Assembly (NCBI GenBank): GCA_964106645.2
Contig: OZ067046.1
DNA: 64,000 bases
Direction: 5' to 3' (one strand)
Source: Podarcis pityusensis
Taxonomy: Eukaryota
The notes beneath the pieces were generated by a model. The model did not search any database and was not told where the DNA came from. It saw only the letters and a program-made list of their open reading frames with translations. Below are positions 51,501 to 63,574 of the stretch, piece after piece; position 1 is the first letter of the stretch, and every line of letters starts with the position of its first letter. The position numbers and the translations under genes are program-made.

Positions 51501-51984
51501 TTGTAGAAGTTTCTTGGCAGTTTCTTGGCAGATGCTGATATGGATGATGTTGCATGGTGGTAAAAAATGGAAAAACACACACACACTATGCTATGCAATT
51601 CCATGTCAGCTGTCAGCACTGCCAGATGTTTATTACCATTGCAGGTCAATGATCAAACATTGCAAATTACGTATCAGATATCAAAACCAAACATCATTTG
51701 GCTGAAACACAGACATCTACGAATATTAGGAAACTATTCCAACATTTGCTGTTGTTATCACTGAATAATTTACATCATGAAACTTTAATTAAAGTACATG
51801 GTGTTCCCAGGTGATTTCCCTCCAGAGAGAAATACTTTGAGAATATTCAGCATCAAAATCATCCACAGAAGAGAATTTTGAGGACAATTTTTGTTTTATT
51901 TCAGCTGCAAATGTTTCACAGGTAACTTGGATTTTTGTAATCAGTTTAAGTCCTGCTCATTGCATGTCAAGGCACTGTGCCACC

Positions 51985-52750
51985 CACCACCCCATTTTCC
52001 ACAGCAATAAACCAGGCAGAACACAGTGCTTTTTGGATCAAATAAGGCCACAACTTTATTGATTGCAGATGTTAGAGGTTTGGCATAGGTATTGGATACA
52101 GCCATTGACTTCAAGCCCACCTGCCGGAAGTATACCCAGGGTCAATCCAACAGCAGGGGAGTCCTATGACTTATATCAAGTAGGAGTACCCCACAGGATG
52201 GCTGTCTTGATGAGTGCTGTGGCCCTAGCCCCCATCTAGGACAAAAGCAACTCCTCCCATATCTCTTTAGTGGGATATCCTTTTCTCATAGGGACAGGCA
52301 GAGCCACAACCTCCCCTCCAGCCAAGACTAAGGCTTATCCAATGCTTAAACCACCAAAGTTGTGATGACCGCTGTGAGGTAGACAAAAACACCGGAGTGG
52401 AACAAATTTGCTGGGTGGATAAATTTCTACCCAGCCCCGAATACGGTGACCAATGAAGTCCACAGCAAGGCCAAGCAAGCATAATTAAAAGCTGAAAACA
52501 TAGGCAGGGCTCAGGGCTGTCTGGCTTTTAAGCCCAAGGAGTGGGCCCAAGGGAAGCCTGAATGCCCATTGGGCCTGCTTCTGAGGAGAACCTGTCTCCA
52601 GGCCCACCCATGACTGGGCAATTTGCAGGCAGGCCTGAATCCAATGCCCTGGCCATTGACGCAAGTTGTTAGGTCCAACGTTCAGTGCCAGCACCAGAAG
52701 TGAACTATGGCGGCTGCGCCAGGCTACAACACCGCCTGCCCCCTAAGTGG
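51985..52750 (-). mobile_element. Second solo terminal-repeat/LTR-like unit (possibly Ngaro/DIRS-type), divergent relative of the 36.2 kb element
   Basis: Minus-strand CAATAAAGTTGTGGCC near 52050 and a CTTAAAAG TATA-like motif at ~52525-52532. Blocks TTCTCATAGGG and AAGTTGTGATGA are shared with 36.5-36.6 kb. Confidence 0.55.
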
Positions 52751-53739
52751 TAAGTGGACTTGATACAAATGTACTCTGTTGATGCTTTGACTACTCGGCC
52801 AATGCCAGACAATAATTGACCAAATATTTCTTTGCTGGTTGAGTTTACAAATAACTGTCCCATCCTAATGCAGTCGGGGATTGTTACACTCCTAGAACAA
52901 GAGAGAATGGAGTTGATTAAAGATTGAAGTATAAAGTATGTTTTGATGGCGTGAATCACATTTAAGTAATTTGCAAAATATGCTTTGCTCAAAAGGAGCA
53001 ACCAAAGCTTTTCTCTGACCTTCCATCCACACACCTGTGGGGTTCTCCAGGATCACTATCTGCTGGGATGTACAACACATCCTCTCTCCCTGTTCCTCTC
53101 TCTTCCCGTTAGCAGGTGATTTACGTGACCCCCATTGGCTTCTGTCAGTTACCTTTGATTTGTGAACAAGCTGGAATGAGCCCAGGGCTGGTGGGATCGC
53201 ATGGTGACAGAGGGATGTTTGAAAGAAAGGTTACATGCAGCCTTTCACTCCTGTGAAAGCCAAACATGCCATTTTTCATAGCTGTAGCTCTGTGATTTCA
53301 CCTTGCTCACTCGTTTGGCAGGAAGCACAGCTACCGCCTGATGACAGTTCTGAAACAGAAGCAATTGAAAGGGCTTCTTTATTATCTGGAGGTCAAAATA
53401 ATCAGAAAGTGGAAGAGAAGCAGACAGTGTGACATACAGAATGAACCAGGGTTGCCAGACCCTTATTTTAAATTGAGGGTGAAGGGGAAAGAAAATTAAA
53501 GAAACTACTCTGATGACAGTAATAGTCCCATGTCAACAGAAAAGTGCACTTTTATTATTAGTGGAGAAGGAGAATCCAGTGGTTTCTTTCAATGGGGTTA
53601 ACTTTTACCTGAGATCGATTTGCCTCTTGACCTCAGAGTTCAGCAGTAGTCAAAGCAGAATTTGCTCTGTGTGTATCTTTTTAGAAAAGAAACCTTATTT
53701 TTAACCATCAAATAAAGCATGGTATGTAGTAGGGTAAAT

Positions 53740-53990
53740 GATTGAGCGCAGTCCCATTGAGTTCAAGGAGACTTGCTCTCAGGTATAGGATTGGAGCCTT
53801 AAAATAGTTTTTATAGGTCAATCCTATGCATGTTTGATCAAAGGTAAGAAATTCTGACTTCAATTGCACTTACTCCCGAGTAAGCAAGTATAGGACAACA
53901 GCCTAGGGCTGTAAATCTAGATGCACTTAGATGCACCCATGGTGAGATTTCCTAATATATACATATATATGCATAGAACTGTAACCTTGC
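53740..53990. repeat. Cluster of ~80-bp palindromic mini-elements (CAATCCTATGCATG..ACTTACTC..ATAGGAT family)
   Basis: About three adjacent degenerate hairpin units. Relatives occur at ~9810-9895, 24820-24925 and 34965-35055. Confidence 0.5.
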
Positions 53991-54129
53991 AAGTCTTGAT
54001 TTCATATTCTTAAAGATATGCACTTATTTATTTAGCCTTTCACCCACCTTGTCCCCCAAGGTCAATGTGGACTGAACATCAGAAAAACCAGATACACAAC
54101 GATGTGGTGATTGCTAAAAGTCACCTGCT

Positions 54130-54698
54130 GCAAATCCACCCCTTTCCTTTGCATCAGTTAATATCTTAAATTTTATTCTGGGCTTCTTGCCCTGCCAGAC
54201 AAATCTAGAGATGTCTCTCTGCCACTTCTTGAAGCAATCCATTTTGTCCACAATTTGCAATGTTTGAAACAAAAATAACATTCTAGGCAATACATTCATT
54301 TTTATCGCAGCAATACGACCCAGTAGTGAAAGCTTTAAATGTGACCAAATTTCTAAATCTTTTTTCACTTCAGCCCAGCATTTTTCATAGTTGTCTTTAA
54401 ATAAATTCCCATTTTTTGCTGTCATATTAATCCCCAGGTATTTCACTTTCTTAACCACTGTTAAACCTGTTTCATTCTGAAACCTCTCTTTCTCAATCAG
54501 TGTTAAGTTTTTCTTTAAAACCTTGGTTTTTAACTTATTCAGTTTAAATACAGCAACCTGACCAAATTCTTGAATCAGTTCTAGAACCCTTTTGGTACTA
54601 GATTCTGGCTCCTGTAACGTCAGTACTAAGTCATCTGCAAATGCTCTCAATTTGTACTGTTTAGCTCCGACTTGTATACCTTTAACCAACTGGTCCCT
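54130..54698 (-). CDS. L1 ORF2 fragment (RT FADD region), inverted segment
   Basis: RAFADDLVL, KYLGI, GRIAAIKMNVLPR, ending in ERGGFA. Confidence 0.9.
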
Positions 54699-55054
54699 TG
54701 TGGGAGTCATAAAGCCACGGTAAAGGCTTGTAATATTGCAGGGTGCCCCCTGACCTCGGCTGACCAGCACTCTGAGCTTTACAATGTATTGGAATGTATT
54801 GCAGTTGTGTTTCCTCTGGGCAGTGATTGACCTTATATGGTGAAGGGGGCAATAATAGCCTTGACCGGATGAGGTAACGTGAGACATTGGAAAACAGCCA
54901 TGCGGCTGGAGAGAGAGAAAGGAGAGTAATAAAAGTAGCTGCAGGAGGAGAGGGGAGTTCGAAGGGAGCTGCTCCTACCATCATGAAAATATTGCTGGCT
55001 CTCTGTGTCATAATTTTATGCTAAACTTCGCCATTTGTACGGCTGGCTCCGACA
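54699..55054. mobile_element. Solo LTR (ERV-like), 356 bp, nested in L1
   Basis: TGTGGGAGTCA...TGGCTCCGACA imperfect inverted termini (9/11) with a 6-bp TSD GTCCCT (54693-54698 / 55055-55060). Removing it restores ..NMIRRDQLVKG.. Confidence 0.9.
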
Positions 55055-55060
55055 GTCCCT

Positions 55061-55846
55061 TCTAATCATATTCAGCAAAACCTCCAGGACCGATATAAAC
55101 AGCAATGGGGAAATTGGGCAGCCTTGTCGTGTCCCTTTATCTATCTTAAATTCTTCCGTCACCACATTATTTACAATTAGTTTAGCCTTTTGTTCTGAAT
55201 AAATTGCACTTATACCTTGGCCTACCCCCATCCCCTGTAGGTTCTTCTTCATAAAACTCCAAGAGATATTGTCAAAAGCTTTCTCCGCGTCCACAAATAT
55301 CAAAACTGCTTTAGTATTTATGTTCACTTCTAGTTTTTCCAAAATATCCATTATATTCCTCATATTGCCAGACAAGTGTCTTCCCGGGAGAAAGCCCGCT
55401 TGGTCTTTATGGATCTCTTCCATCAACACTTTTTTCAATCTCTTAGCCAAAATGTCTGCAAAAAATTTGTAATCCACATTAAGTAATGATATGGGGCGGT
55501 AGTTCTTAAGCTGAGTCTTTTCAGTCTCTGTTTTCGGTATAAGTGTAATATACGCTTCTTTCCATGACTCTGGTGCCCTTTTCCCTTCCAATATTTCATT
55601 ACAGACTTCCTTTAAAGGTTGTACTAACCACTCTTTCAAGGATTTATAGTATCTAGAAGTCAGCCCATCCGGTCCTGGAGATTTGCCCAATTGCATGTTT
55701 TGAATGGCACCTTCTACTTCCTGTTCAGATATTTTATAATTCAACATTAATTTACTTTCTTGAGAGATTTTTTGTAATCCATTTGTCTTCAAAAAGTGAT
55801 CTATGCCCATTTCTTTCTGTGGCCCTTGTGTGTATAATTGTTTAAA
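55061..55846 (-). CDS. L1 ORF2 fragment (Z-domain and N-terminal half of RT), inverted segment
   Basis: KSPGPDG, NYRPISLLNVDYK, DAEKAFD and GTRQGCPISPLLF motifs. Confidence 0.9.
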
Positions 55847-57004
55847 GGTGGATTTGCCCTGCCAGACTTTAAACTTTACTATGAATCAGCAGCTTTTTGC
55901 TGGTTGAAAGAATGGCTGCTTCTTGAAAACACTGACATTTTGGACCTAGAAGGTTTTAATAATGTATTTGGATGGCATGCATATCTGTGGTATGATAAGG
56001 TCAAAGCACATAAAGCATTTAAAAACCATATTGTCAGGAAAGCATTGTTTAATGTTTGGATAAGATATAAGGACTTATTGGAAAATAAAACCCCAAAGTG
56101 GCTATCACCGATGGAAGCGAAAGCTCTGAAAAAGCTCAATATGGAGGCCAAATGGCCGAAATATTGGGAAAATTTGGAACAAGATGGAGATAGGCTGAAA
56201 TTGCAGAGTTTTGAGAAATTAAAAAACAAAGTGCGAGACTGGCTTCATTATTATCAGATAATGGAGGCATATAATTTGGACAAGAAAATTGGTTTCCAGG
56301 TGGAAAAATCAAAATTAGAAACAGAACTGTTAGAACCCAAAACTAAGATTTTGTCAAAGATGTATAACTTGCTGTTGAAATGGAATACTCAGGATGAAAC
56401 GGTGAAATCTGCTATGATCAAATGGGCACAAGATGTTGGACATAACATAATGATGGCTGACTGGGAACAGTTATGGACCACAGGTATGAAGTTTATGGCA
56501 TGTAATGCCTTAAGAGAGAATATTATGAAAATGATATACAGGTGGTACATGACCCCAGTCAAGCTTGCAAAAATTTATCATTTGCCCGATAACAAATGTT
56601 GGAAATGTAAAGAAACTGAAGGTACATTCTTTCACCTTTGGTGGACGTGCCCAAGGATTAAGGCTTTCTGGGAGATGATATATAATGAATTGAAAAAGGT
56701 ATTTAAATATACCTTCTCGAAGAAACCAGAGGCCTTTCTCCTGGGCATAGTCGGTCAATTGGTGCCAAAGAAGGACAGAACTTTTTTTATGTATGCCACA
56801 ACAGCAGCAAGAATACTCATTGCAAAGTATTGGAAGACACAAGATCTACCCACTCTGGAAGAATGGCAGATGAAGGTGATGGACTATATGGAACTGGCGG
56901 AAATGACTGGCAGAATCCAAGACCAGGGAGAAGAGTCGGTGGAAGAAGATTGGAAGAAATTTAAGGACTATCTACAGAAATATTGTAAAATTAATGAATG
57001 TTAG
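55847..57004 (+). CDS. L1 ORF2 C-terminal fragment with CCHC motif
   Basis: GGFALPDFKLYY start and CWKC-x8-H-x4-C zinc knuckle. Open to the native stop. Confidence 0.9.
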   Translation, partial: GGFALPDFKLYYESAAFCWLKEWLLLENTDILDLEGFNNVFGWHAYLWYDKVKAHKAFKNHIVRKALFNVWIRYKDLLENKTPKWLSPMEAKALKKLNMEAKWPKYWENLEQDGDRLKLQSFEKLKNKVRDWLHYYQIMEAYNLDKKIGFQVEKSKLETELLEPKTKILSKMYNLLLKWNTQDETVKSAMIKWAQDVGHNIMMADWEQLWTTGMKFMACNALRENIMKMIYRWYMTPVKLAKIYHLPDNKCWKCKETEGTFFHLWWTCPRIKAFWEMIYNELKKVFKYTFSKKPEAFLLGIVGQLVPKKDRTFFMYATTAARILIAKYWKTQDLPTLEEWQMKVMDYMELAEMTGRIQDQGEESVEEDWKKFKDYLQKYCKINEC

Positions 57005-57445
57005 AATGATGTTGGATAAAAATTAAGTGGTTTTCAGCTGTAATACTATAAGGGAATATGAAAAATGGATTATTAATAGGTAAAAATTTAACGTTACAAT
57101 ATTTTAAGATTAAAGATTAGGATAAACAAGAGGGTAAGGATTTGCTGAACCAACAAACTGAACTGGAATACAAAAAAGGGAGGCGTGAGGAGGTCCGGGA
57201 AATAAGCTAATGAAAAATAAGCAATGGAAAGATTGAGTTGTTTTTAGCCATTTTTATTTTTGTACTTTTTTCTTTTTTTGTTTTTGTTTTGTAACATTTT
57301 GAAAATCTTAATAAATATCTTTAAAAAAAAAAAAAGTCACCTGCTGCAAGATGCCTGCCCAGCTTCTTCTGAAATATTTCAAGGGAAAAAGTTATTTGCT
57401 TTTTAATTAGGTCAAGTGTATCTGTGCGGTATGATTAATTGCCAT

Positions 57446-57796
57446 AAAGGTAAAGGGACCACTGACCGTTAGGTCCAGTTGCGGACGACTTTGGGTTTGC
57501 GGCGCTCATCTTGCTTTACTGGCTGAGGGAGCCGGCGTACAGCTTCCGGGTTATGTGGCCAGCATGACTAAGCTGCTTCTGGCGAACCAGAGCAGCACAC
57601 GGAAACGCCGTTTACCTTCCCGCTGGAGCGGTACCTATTTATCTACTTGCACTTTGACATGCTTTTGAACTGCTAGGTTGGCAGGAGCTGGGACCGAGCA
57701 ACGGGAGCTCACCCCTTCGCGGGGATTCGAACCGCCGACCTTCTGATCGGCAAGCCCTAGGCTCTGTGGTTTAGACCATAGTGCCACCCACGTCCC
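57446..57796 (-). mobile_element. Sauria SINE, full length
   Basis: Homologous to the other copies. Confidence 0.95.
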
Positions 57797-59227
57797 AATA
57801 TACTTCATAATCCACTCTTATCCAACAATCCTATCCATAATTGTGCTCCTACCAATAAAAGCGCTCCCTGACCCCAAAGGGACATCAGCATACTCAGGCA
57901 GCAATAGGTCCAGATAGTTTTCTCTCTCGAGGTTGAAAGTAGACCAGGCTTACAAAAATTTTCTACTCCCAACCTCTTAAAATATATGTTACAAATTGAT
58001 AGCTATTTATCAATGGACAATACAATTTGGAACTCATGATGATAGTACAAAGTAAAGGCTTTCCTATCCCAAATTTAGGCTCTGCATTCAAACTAGTTAT
58101 TCCCAATGCAAAATCTTTTTACAAATTCATTTTAACAAACTGATTCTATCTATGAGACATTTTCAAATGTAACTTCTGTAAGTAAGTCTTCAACAAAGTT
58201 TAGTTTCACTTTTACACATGGTATCCTGTTTTTCAACAAACCATGGTTAGTTATACAAGCTTGCTTTCTCACCTATGGCTTGAACTTTAGCAACTCATAA
58301 TAGTTTAGGATTCTATGCAAAGATGGCTAATGCTAAATTTGACAAGTTCATGCAACTCAGCATCTGTTAGCAGTGCCTGAATGTCCAACCTGGTGGTCTG
58401 ACATTAATGGAGCTCTGACGTGCCAGTACCATCCTAATCTCTTCAATCATATTGATCCGCTGAAGAGCTGAATCAAGTTTGAGTGCTTCTTATTCATGTT
58501 GTTTTTGTAGCTGCAGTTTGTAGTTTGGGTGATGGGCCAAAAGATGACAAGTCCTTTACTCCACTTGAAATGGCTAGTGAAAACATTTTTTAAAAATAAA
58601 AAAAATCAATTATTGCTTCTGCAAGGTTTACACGCCACTGAAAAAGTTTTGTAACTCAGCCAAAATGATCAGTTTTTCAACAGGACCAGCCCTTACAAGT
58701 ATCAGATATGTCTGAAAAAAGCTCTGCTCTATTCTGCCTTGCAGTCACAAATGGCTGACGATATCCCTGTTGAATGATGTTGTTGAGTGATGGAAAACAT
58801 ACAAGTAGTACTCAGGACAAATGTCAGAATGGTACTTTGTACCCTAAAGATCTATTGCAGACTTGTGCAATCAGGAAACACTGGAAAAAGGCAGCCACTC
58901 GATAGCTCCAACGCTGGAGAAAATAGACTCTGAAGACACTTCCCAGTCACCTAGCTTGATGCCTCATCACCCAGGTTCCTTTTTCCCAACGTCCATTGAG
59001 GCAACAGTGTTTAGGTAACATGGGCTTTCTCTGCACTAAAAAAGAAGAGGGCTTACAGTGTTTTCCCACTTGAATAGGGCAGCATTATGATCTCAATGGA
59101 GTCAGATGGAAGTGGAGAGATAGACATGTGTGAGCACCCAGAGGCATTTGAATGATGAAAGGAGGATTACACAAGTCAGCCATTCAGTGGGGAAGGACTA
59201 TTGCTAGTAGCAAAGCACATGCCTTCA

Positions 59228-59785
59228 AAGAATCATAGAATTGTAGAGTTGGAAGGCACCCCAACGATCATCTAGTCCAAAGCCCTGCAATGCAGGAATC
59301 TCAACTGAAACATACATGACAGATGGCCATCCAACTTCTGATTAAAAACTTCCAAAAATGGAGAGTCCACCACCTTCTGAGGGAGTCCGTTCCACTGTCA
59401 AACAGCTCTTACTGTCAAAAAAAAGTTATCCCTGATGTTTAGTTGGAATCACCTTTCTTATAACTTGAAGCCTCAGTTCAGTATACCTGAAGGAGCGTCT
59501 CCACCCGCATCGTTCTGCACGGACACTGAGGTCCAGCTCCAAGGGCCTTCTGGCAGTTCCCTCACTGCGAGAAGCCAAGTTACAGGGAACCAGGCAGAGG
59601 GCCTTCTCAGTAGTGGCTCCCGCCCTGTGGAACACCCTCCTACCAGATGTCAAAGAGAAAAACAAGTACCAGACTTTTAGAAGACATCTGAAGGCAGCCC
59701 TGTTTACGGAAGCTTTTAATGTTTAATAGACTATTGTATTTTAATATTCTGTTGGAAGCCGCCCAGAGCTGCTGGGGAATAAATA

Positions 59786-59829
<44 letters not shown>

Positions 59830-59990
59830 GTTCATGTCCTGCCATCCAGAGCAGTAGAAAACAAGCTTTTTCTTTCTTCCATGTGACACCTGTTGAGATC
59901 TTTGAAGACTGCAAAGAGTAGACACCTGCTACACCAGGGATCTGATGGTTTGTCCAAGGACAAACCATCCTATTCAAGGTGTCCACCTAT
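59228..59990 (-). mobile_element. CR1 3' end split by an L2 insertion
   Basis: AGAATCATAGAATTGTAGAGTTGGAAGG is the antisense CR1 tail. The element continues after 59826. Confidence 0.75.
59473..59826 (+). mobile_element. L2 LINE 3' end
   Basis: Closely similar to 29395-29720, with a (TTA)n tail. Confidence 0.92.
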
Positions 59991-62900
59991 TCAAGGTGAG
60001 CATCAGGAGATGCCGTTTCCTAACTCTCTTCGTGGTAGCAAATGCACCAGAGCTGAGTTAGGGGAGAGATTGCCTTTGGCTAGTTGACTGCAAATCAAAC
60101 ACATACGTCAACAAGGCTGTGGCCCACAACTGAACCCATTTGCAGTGCCTTGTGTTTTCATTCCAGGGGTGTGGGGGAGGGAAGGCGGAAGCAATCATGT
60201 TTTAGGTTGGAACAAATTAATACAAGCAACGCTAGGCACATGTGACACGGTGATCATGGAAACGCTGGCACAGCTCTAAGTATAAAAGAACCATCTGACC
60301 ATGCTTTAAAAACCACAGTACACTGTAACTCATTATCAAAGAGCTGATATACAAACAATGGATCAAAGTCTCCCAGCATTCCCATGCTATGGGTAGGAAA
60401 GCCCGGCTTTCTTCCGTTTCAGATGAACTCAAGATGAAAATGCTGCAGTGAATGAAACCTTTTCCACTGATGAGAGAGAGGGAGAGCAATAACTTAAGAA
60501 GCCTTTACTGATGTTAAGCTCTCAGGTGTTGCCTTCAGGCAATTTTTGTGTGTTGTTGATTATTAATCTTTGTAGCTTAATCACTATAAACACGGATGAT
60601 AATTATCTTAAAAGGGAAAATGCTTTCTTTGTTGTCTTCAGGACAACATTAGGTGTGTGTTTTTTTTACTCTTCCCTTAGACTGTAAACCACACTATCTA
60701 AACTCTCTCCGCAGTAAGAAATATAATCCTCTAAAGCGGAGCAAAAGTATTTTAGCCAGGAGGTGGTTGTCAAAGCTGTGGCAGTTGGTAAAGCGCTCTG
60801 CTCCTGCAGGAAAGCCTTTTGCTTGAACCAATTGGAAATCTTTTCTTTTTGTGCTTCTGTATTTTAAATGTGCACACATAAACGGCCTCAGCTCTGCTCT
60901 CGTCATGGGCAACAAGTCATGTCCCAGAATGGCATCTGCACCAAAAGGCACATTCAGCCGGTTCAATGAAAACCATGTGGTCACTGCAATGTAGGTGGGA
61001 ACAAGTGGAACCTGCAGCAAAATGTTGTAGTGTGGAGTGCTGCCCTTCACAGCTCCAGCCAGGCAGCTATGCCCCTTTCCAGGATACTCCATTCCGTTCC
61101 CGTTCCCACCCACTGTTTTACACTTCCCATTTTCCTCCTACTCAGCAGTAAGTCAGCATTCCATGTCCACCAAGCTCAGTCTCACTAGCCTGCTCTGTGA
61201 TCCACACCTTATTTTTTTGCATGTGACGGGGACATCTGCCCTTATATTTCTGGTGGGATCTGATTAGACTATCCTCACTTTCAATTCTATGAATATATTA
61301 AGAAAATAATATTTTTAGAAGTGCTAGACTTCCAGTTTTGGTAAACATCCCAAAGATGAAAAAGCTATAGGTGAAGAAGTTAGTACAGATCCTTTGGTGC
61401 CTTTGAAAGTCAGGCCAAAAGTAATTTGCCTAAAGCTGTGCCGATTGCCCCAGGAATTATTCAAGCTCTCTTGACTTTAATTTAAGGCTGATTTATGTGG
61501 TACATTTTTGTGGCCAAACCTCACATGCACCGGATTGTGTGTGTGTTTGTCTTTCCCAATCAGCAGCTCCTCTGCTGACTTGAGAGTCTCCACATTCAAA
61601 AGTCTTTCAAGCTTTAAAAGCTGTCTTGCGATTCATGCAACAGTTTTGCTGTGGAATCAAAATTGATCCAAAAAGCTCCAACATGCCATATGTAGCCCTC
61701 TTTCCAGTATGTCTGAGCAACAGACAAGAAATCAGGTTTTGTAGGTGATTTGTCTGCCTCTTAAAATGTCATGTGCATTGTCGTGCAAGATAACAGATCT
61801 TTGGTGATCGGTTCTCTGATACTTTGCCTTCTAAAATTATTCAAAGGCATGCCCAGATGTGCCTAATTTCAGTGATGATATCCTGCTTGGGGAAGCACAT
61901 TTACTGAATTTGGGATTTACATTCAATAGCATGCACTGACTCCCCCGCGCCTGACCACCATTCCCCATTCCATTTGTTGCTGGGCAATCTGCCAATTGGA
62001 GCTCCATTTTAAGGCTTGAGTAGCTAAGCAGCTTTCCTTCACATGGAGCTGAATTGACAGGTTTGCTCCTGAATTAATCACACACATAGTTCTTTTGAGA
62101 CAAAATTGCATGTGACAATATTAAACCCTGGTCACCTTTGATGTAAAGATCAGACAATGAACCCATGAATGGCAAGGTTACACCACCATGCTATTCGCCA
62201 GTAATTCTTTTTTTACTACAGACGGAGATCAGAAATGCCAGTTTCTGAACCAATTATGAGTTGCTGGCTTAGGAGAACTTCCTATCAAATCCAAATGTGG
62301 GCTATACTCCATCGTCTATATTCACAACTGTAACCAATATCTTCCAGAATTGGTTAAAGGTTTATAAAAGTGGAATCTTAACATTTTGTGGACAGACTCT
62401 AAGAGTACATGGATCTATTAGAACAGAGGAAGGCAGAGGTGCCAGCTTCTCAAGATGATGGGGAGCCCAACGCAATGTCCTGACTTTGCACATGCAACAT
62501 CATGAGGAGCCAGGGGGCGGAGCCAAATGCCCTCTGAACATTAACATTGGGAGCCCCAAAGTGCCTTGGCCCCCAGGAGCTGGCTCCTATGGAGGAAGGC
62601 TTGAGACTACTGTTCAAAATATTGGGAGAAGTTCAACATTGCACCAAGATGATCATTCCATGAGGGCAAACACTTCGGCTTGCCTGATGGAATGATCCCC
62701 TATGATGTTGTTGTTGTTGTTTAACTTTGTTAGTTACTTTATCTTGCTCAGGACAACTGAAAGTGACTTACAACCAACCAAACAGATAATAAACCCCACA
62801 TAAATACACTAAAACCAAGAGAAGGGCCTACTGCATGAGGGAAATGTTTTTCAGTTGGATGACCACACTCCCTCATGGGTGGTGGCGGGTGTTCTAGGCA

Positions 62901-62997
62901 CCACAGATGAGTGGCAGGAAGGGGCAGGGGCAGGGGCAGAACTGGGTGGAGCAATGGTTGTGACAGCAGACTACAATCCAGCCATGTGGAAATCAAA

Positions 62998-63009
62998 TGC
63001 GCGCGCGCG

Positions 63010-63062
<53 letters not shown>

Positions 63063-63066
63063 ACAC
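62998..63066. repeat. Compound microsatellite (GC)n(TC)n(AC)n
   Basis: Direct reading. Confidence 0.95.
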
Positions 63067-63555
63067 TCCATCCAGGTGATCAAAAGGCATTGTCACATCA
63101 CAAGGGCATTCTAACCAGGGTAAACATTTGAGCAGGGCTGGTGAAGGGTTTGGTCTGCGAAGGGTTTCAAGGGCTAAACATTGAGGGCTGGAGGATTGTG
63201 TTCTGTCCTTCTCCCACCCCAGGCTAAGAATCCTTATCCCTGAACTATAATATAGGCTTTTATCCTAAATAAACAGCTCCTGTTGGGGCACCCTCACTGA
63301 TAATGTGCTACGGGTTGCAATCCCAGTGAGCACAATGAATAATTATCAGGTTATACTTGGGTCTTCCTTCCCTACATTGCTCCTCCTTCCCTACATTGCA
63401 ATTGATTTGCTTTTTTGCTAATTGCCCACTGCTTTCTTAACCCTGGGTTGTTGTTGGGTTTCTTTACTGAATTCCCCAGTCCTAAACACTTAAGTGCTGA
63501 AGACGAACTGAATTAAACAGTGTGCTTCTTAATAAGGCAGCTTTGATAGGCCATG

Positions 63556-63574
63556 TAACAGCAGATGGCACTAA
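63556..63574 (+). promoter_or_regulatory. CTCF-like motif
   Basis: AACAGCAGATGGCACTAA has one mismatch to the CCAGCAGATGGCACTA core. Confidence 0.4.

Larger units (their letters stand above)
54134..57331 (+). mobile_element. L1-clade LINE, 5'-truncated with 5' inversion (twin priming)
   Basis: 18-bp TSD AAAAGTCACCTGCTGCAA (54116-54133 / 57332-57349), poly(A) and AATAAA at ~57310. The RT part is inverted (54134-55846, minus); the C-terminal part and 3' UTR are on plus. Confidence 0.95.

Noticed and set aside
54114-54887. 257-aa ORF with a novel N-terminus fused to RT
   Set aside because: Chance read-through from the nested solo LTR into the L1 frame, ending in the TSD. No evidence that it is a gene.
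63362-63400. Tandem duplication TCCTTCCCTACATTGC x2 (similar ACCGTAGGAACC x2 at ~29193-29225)
   Set aside because: Ordinary slippage duplication.
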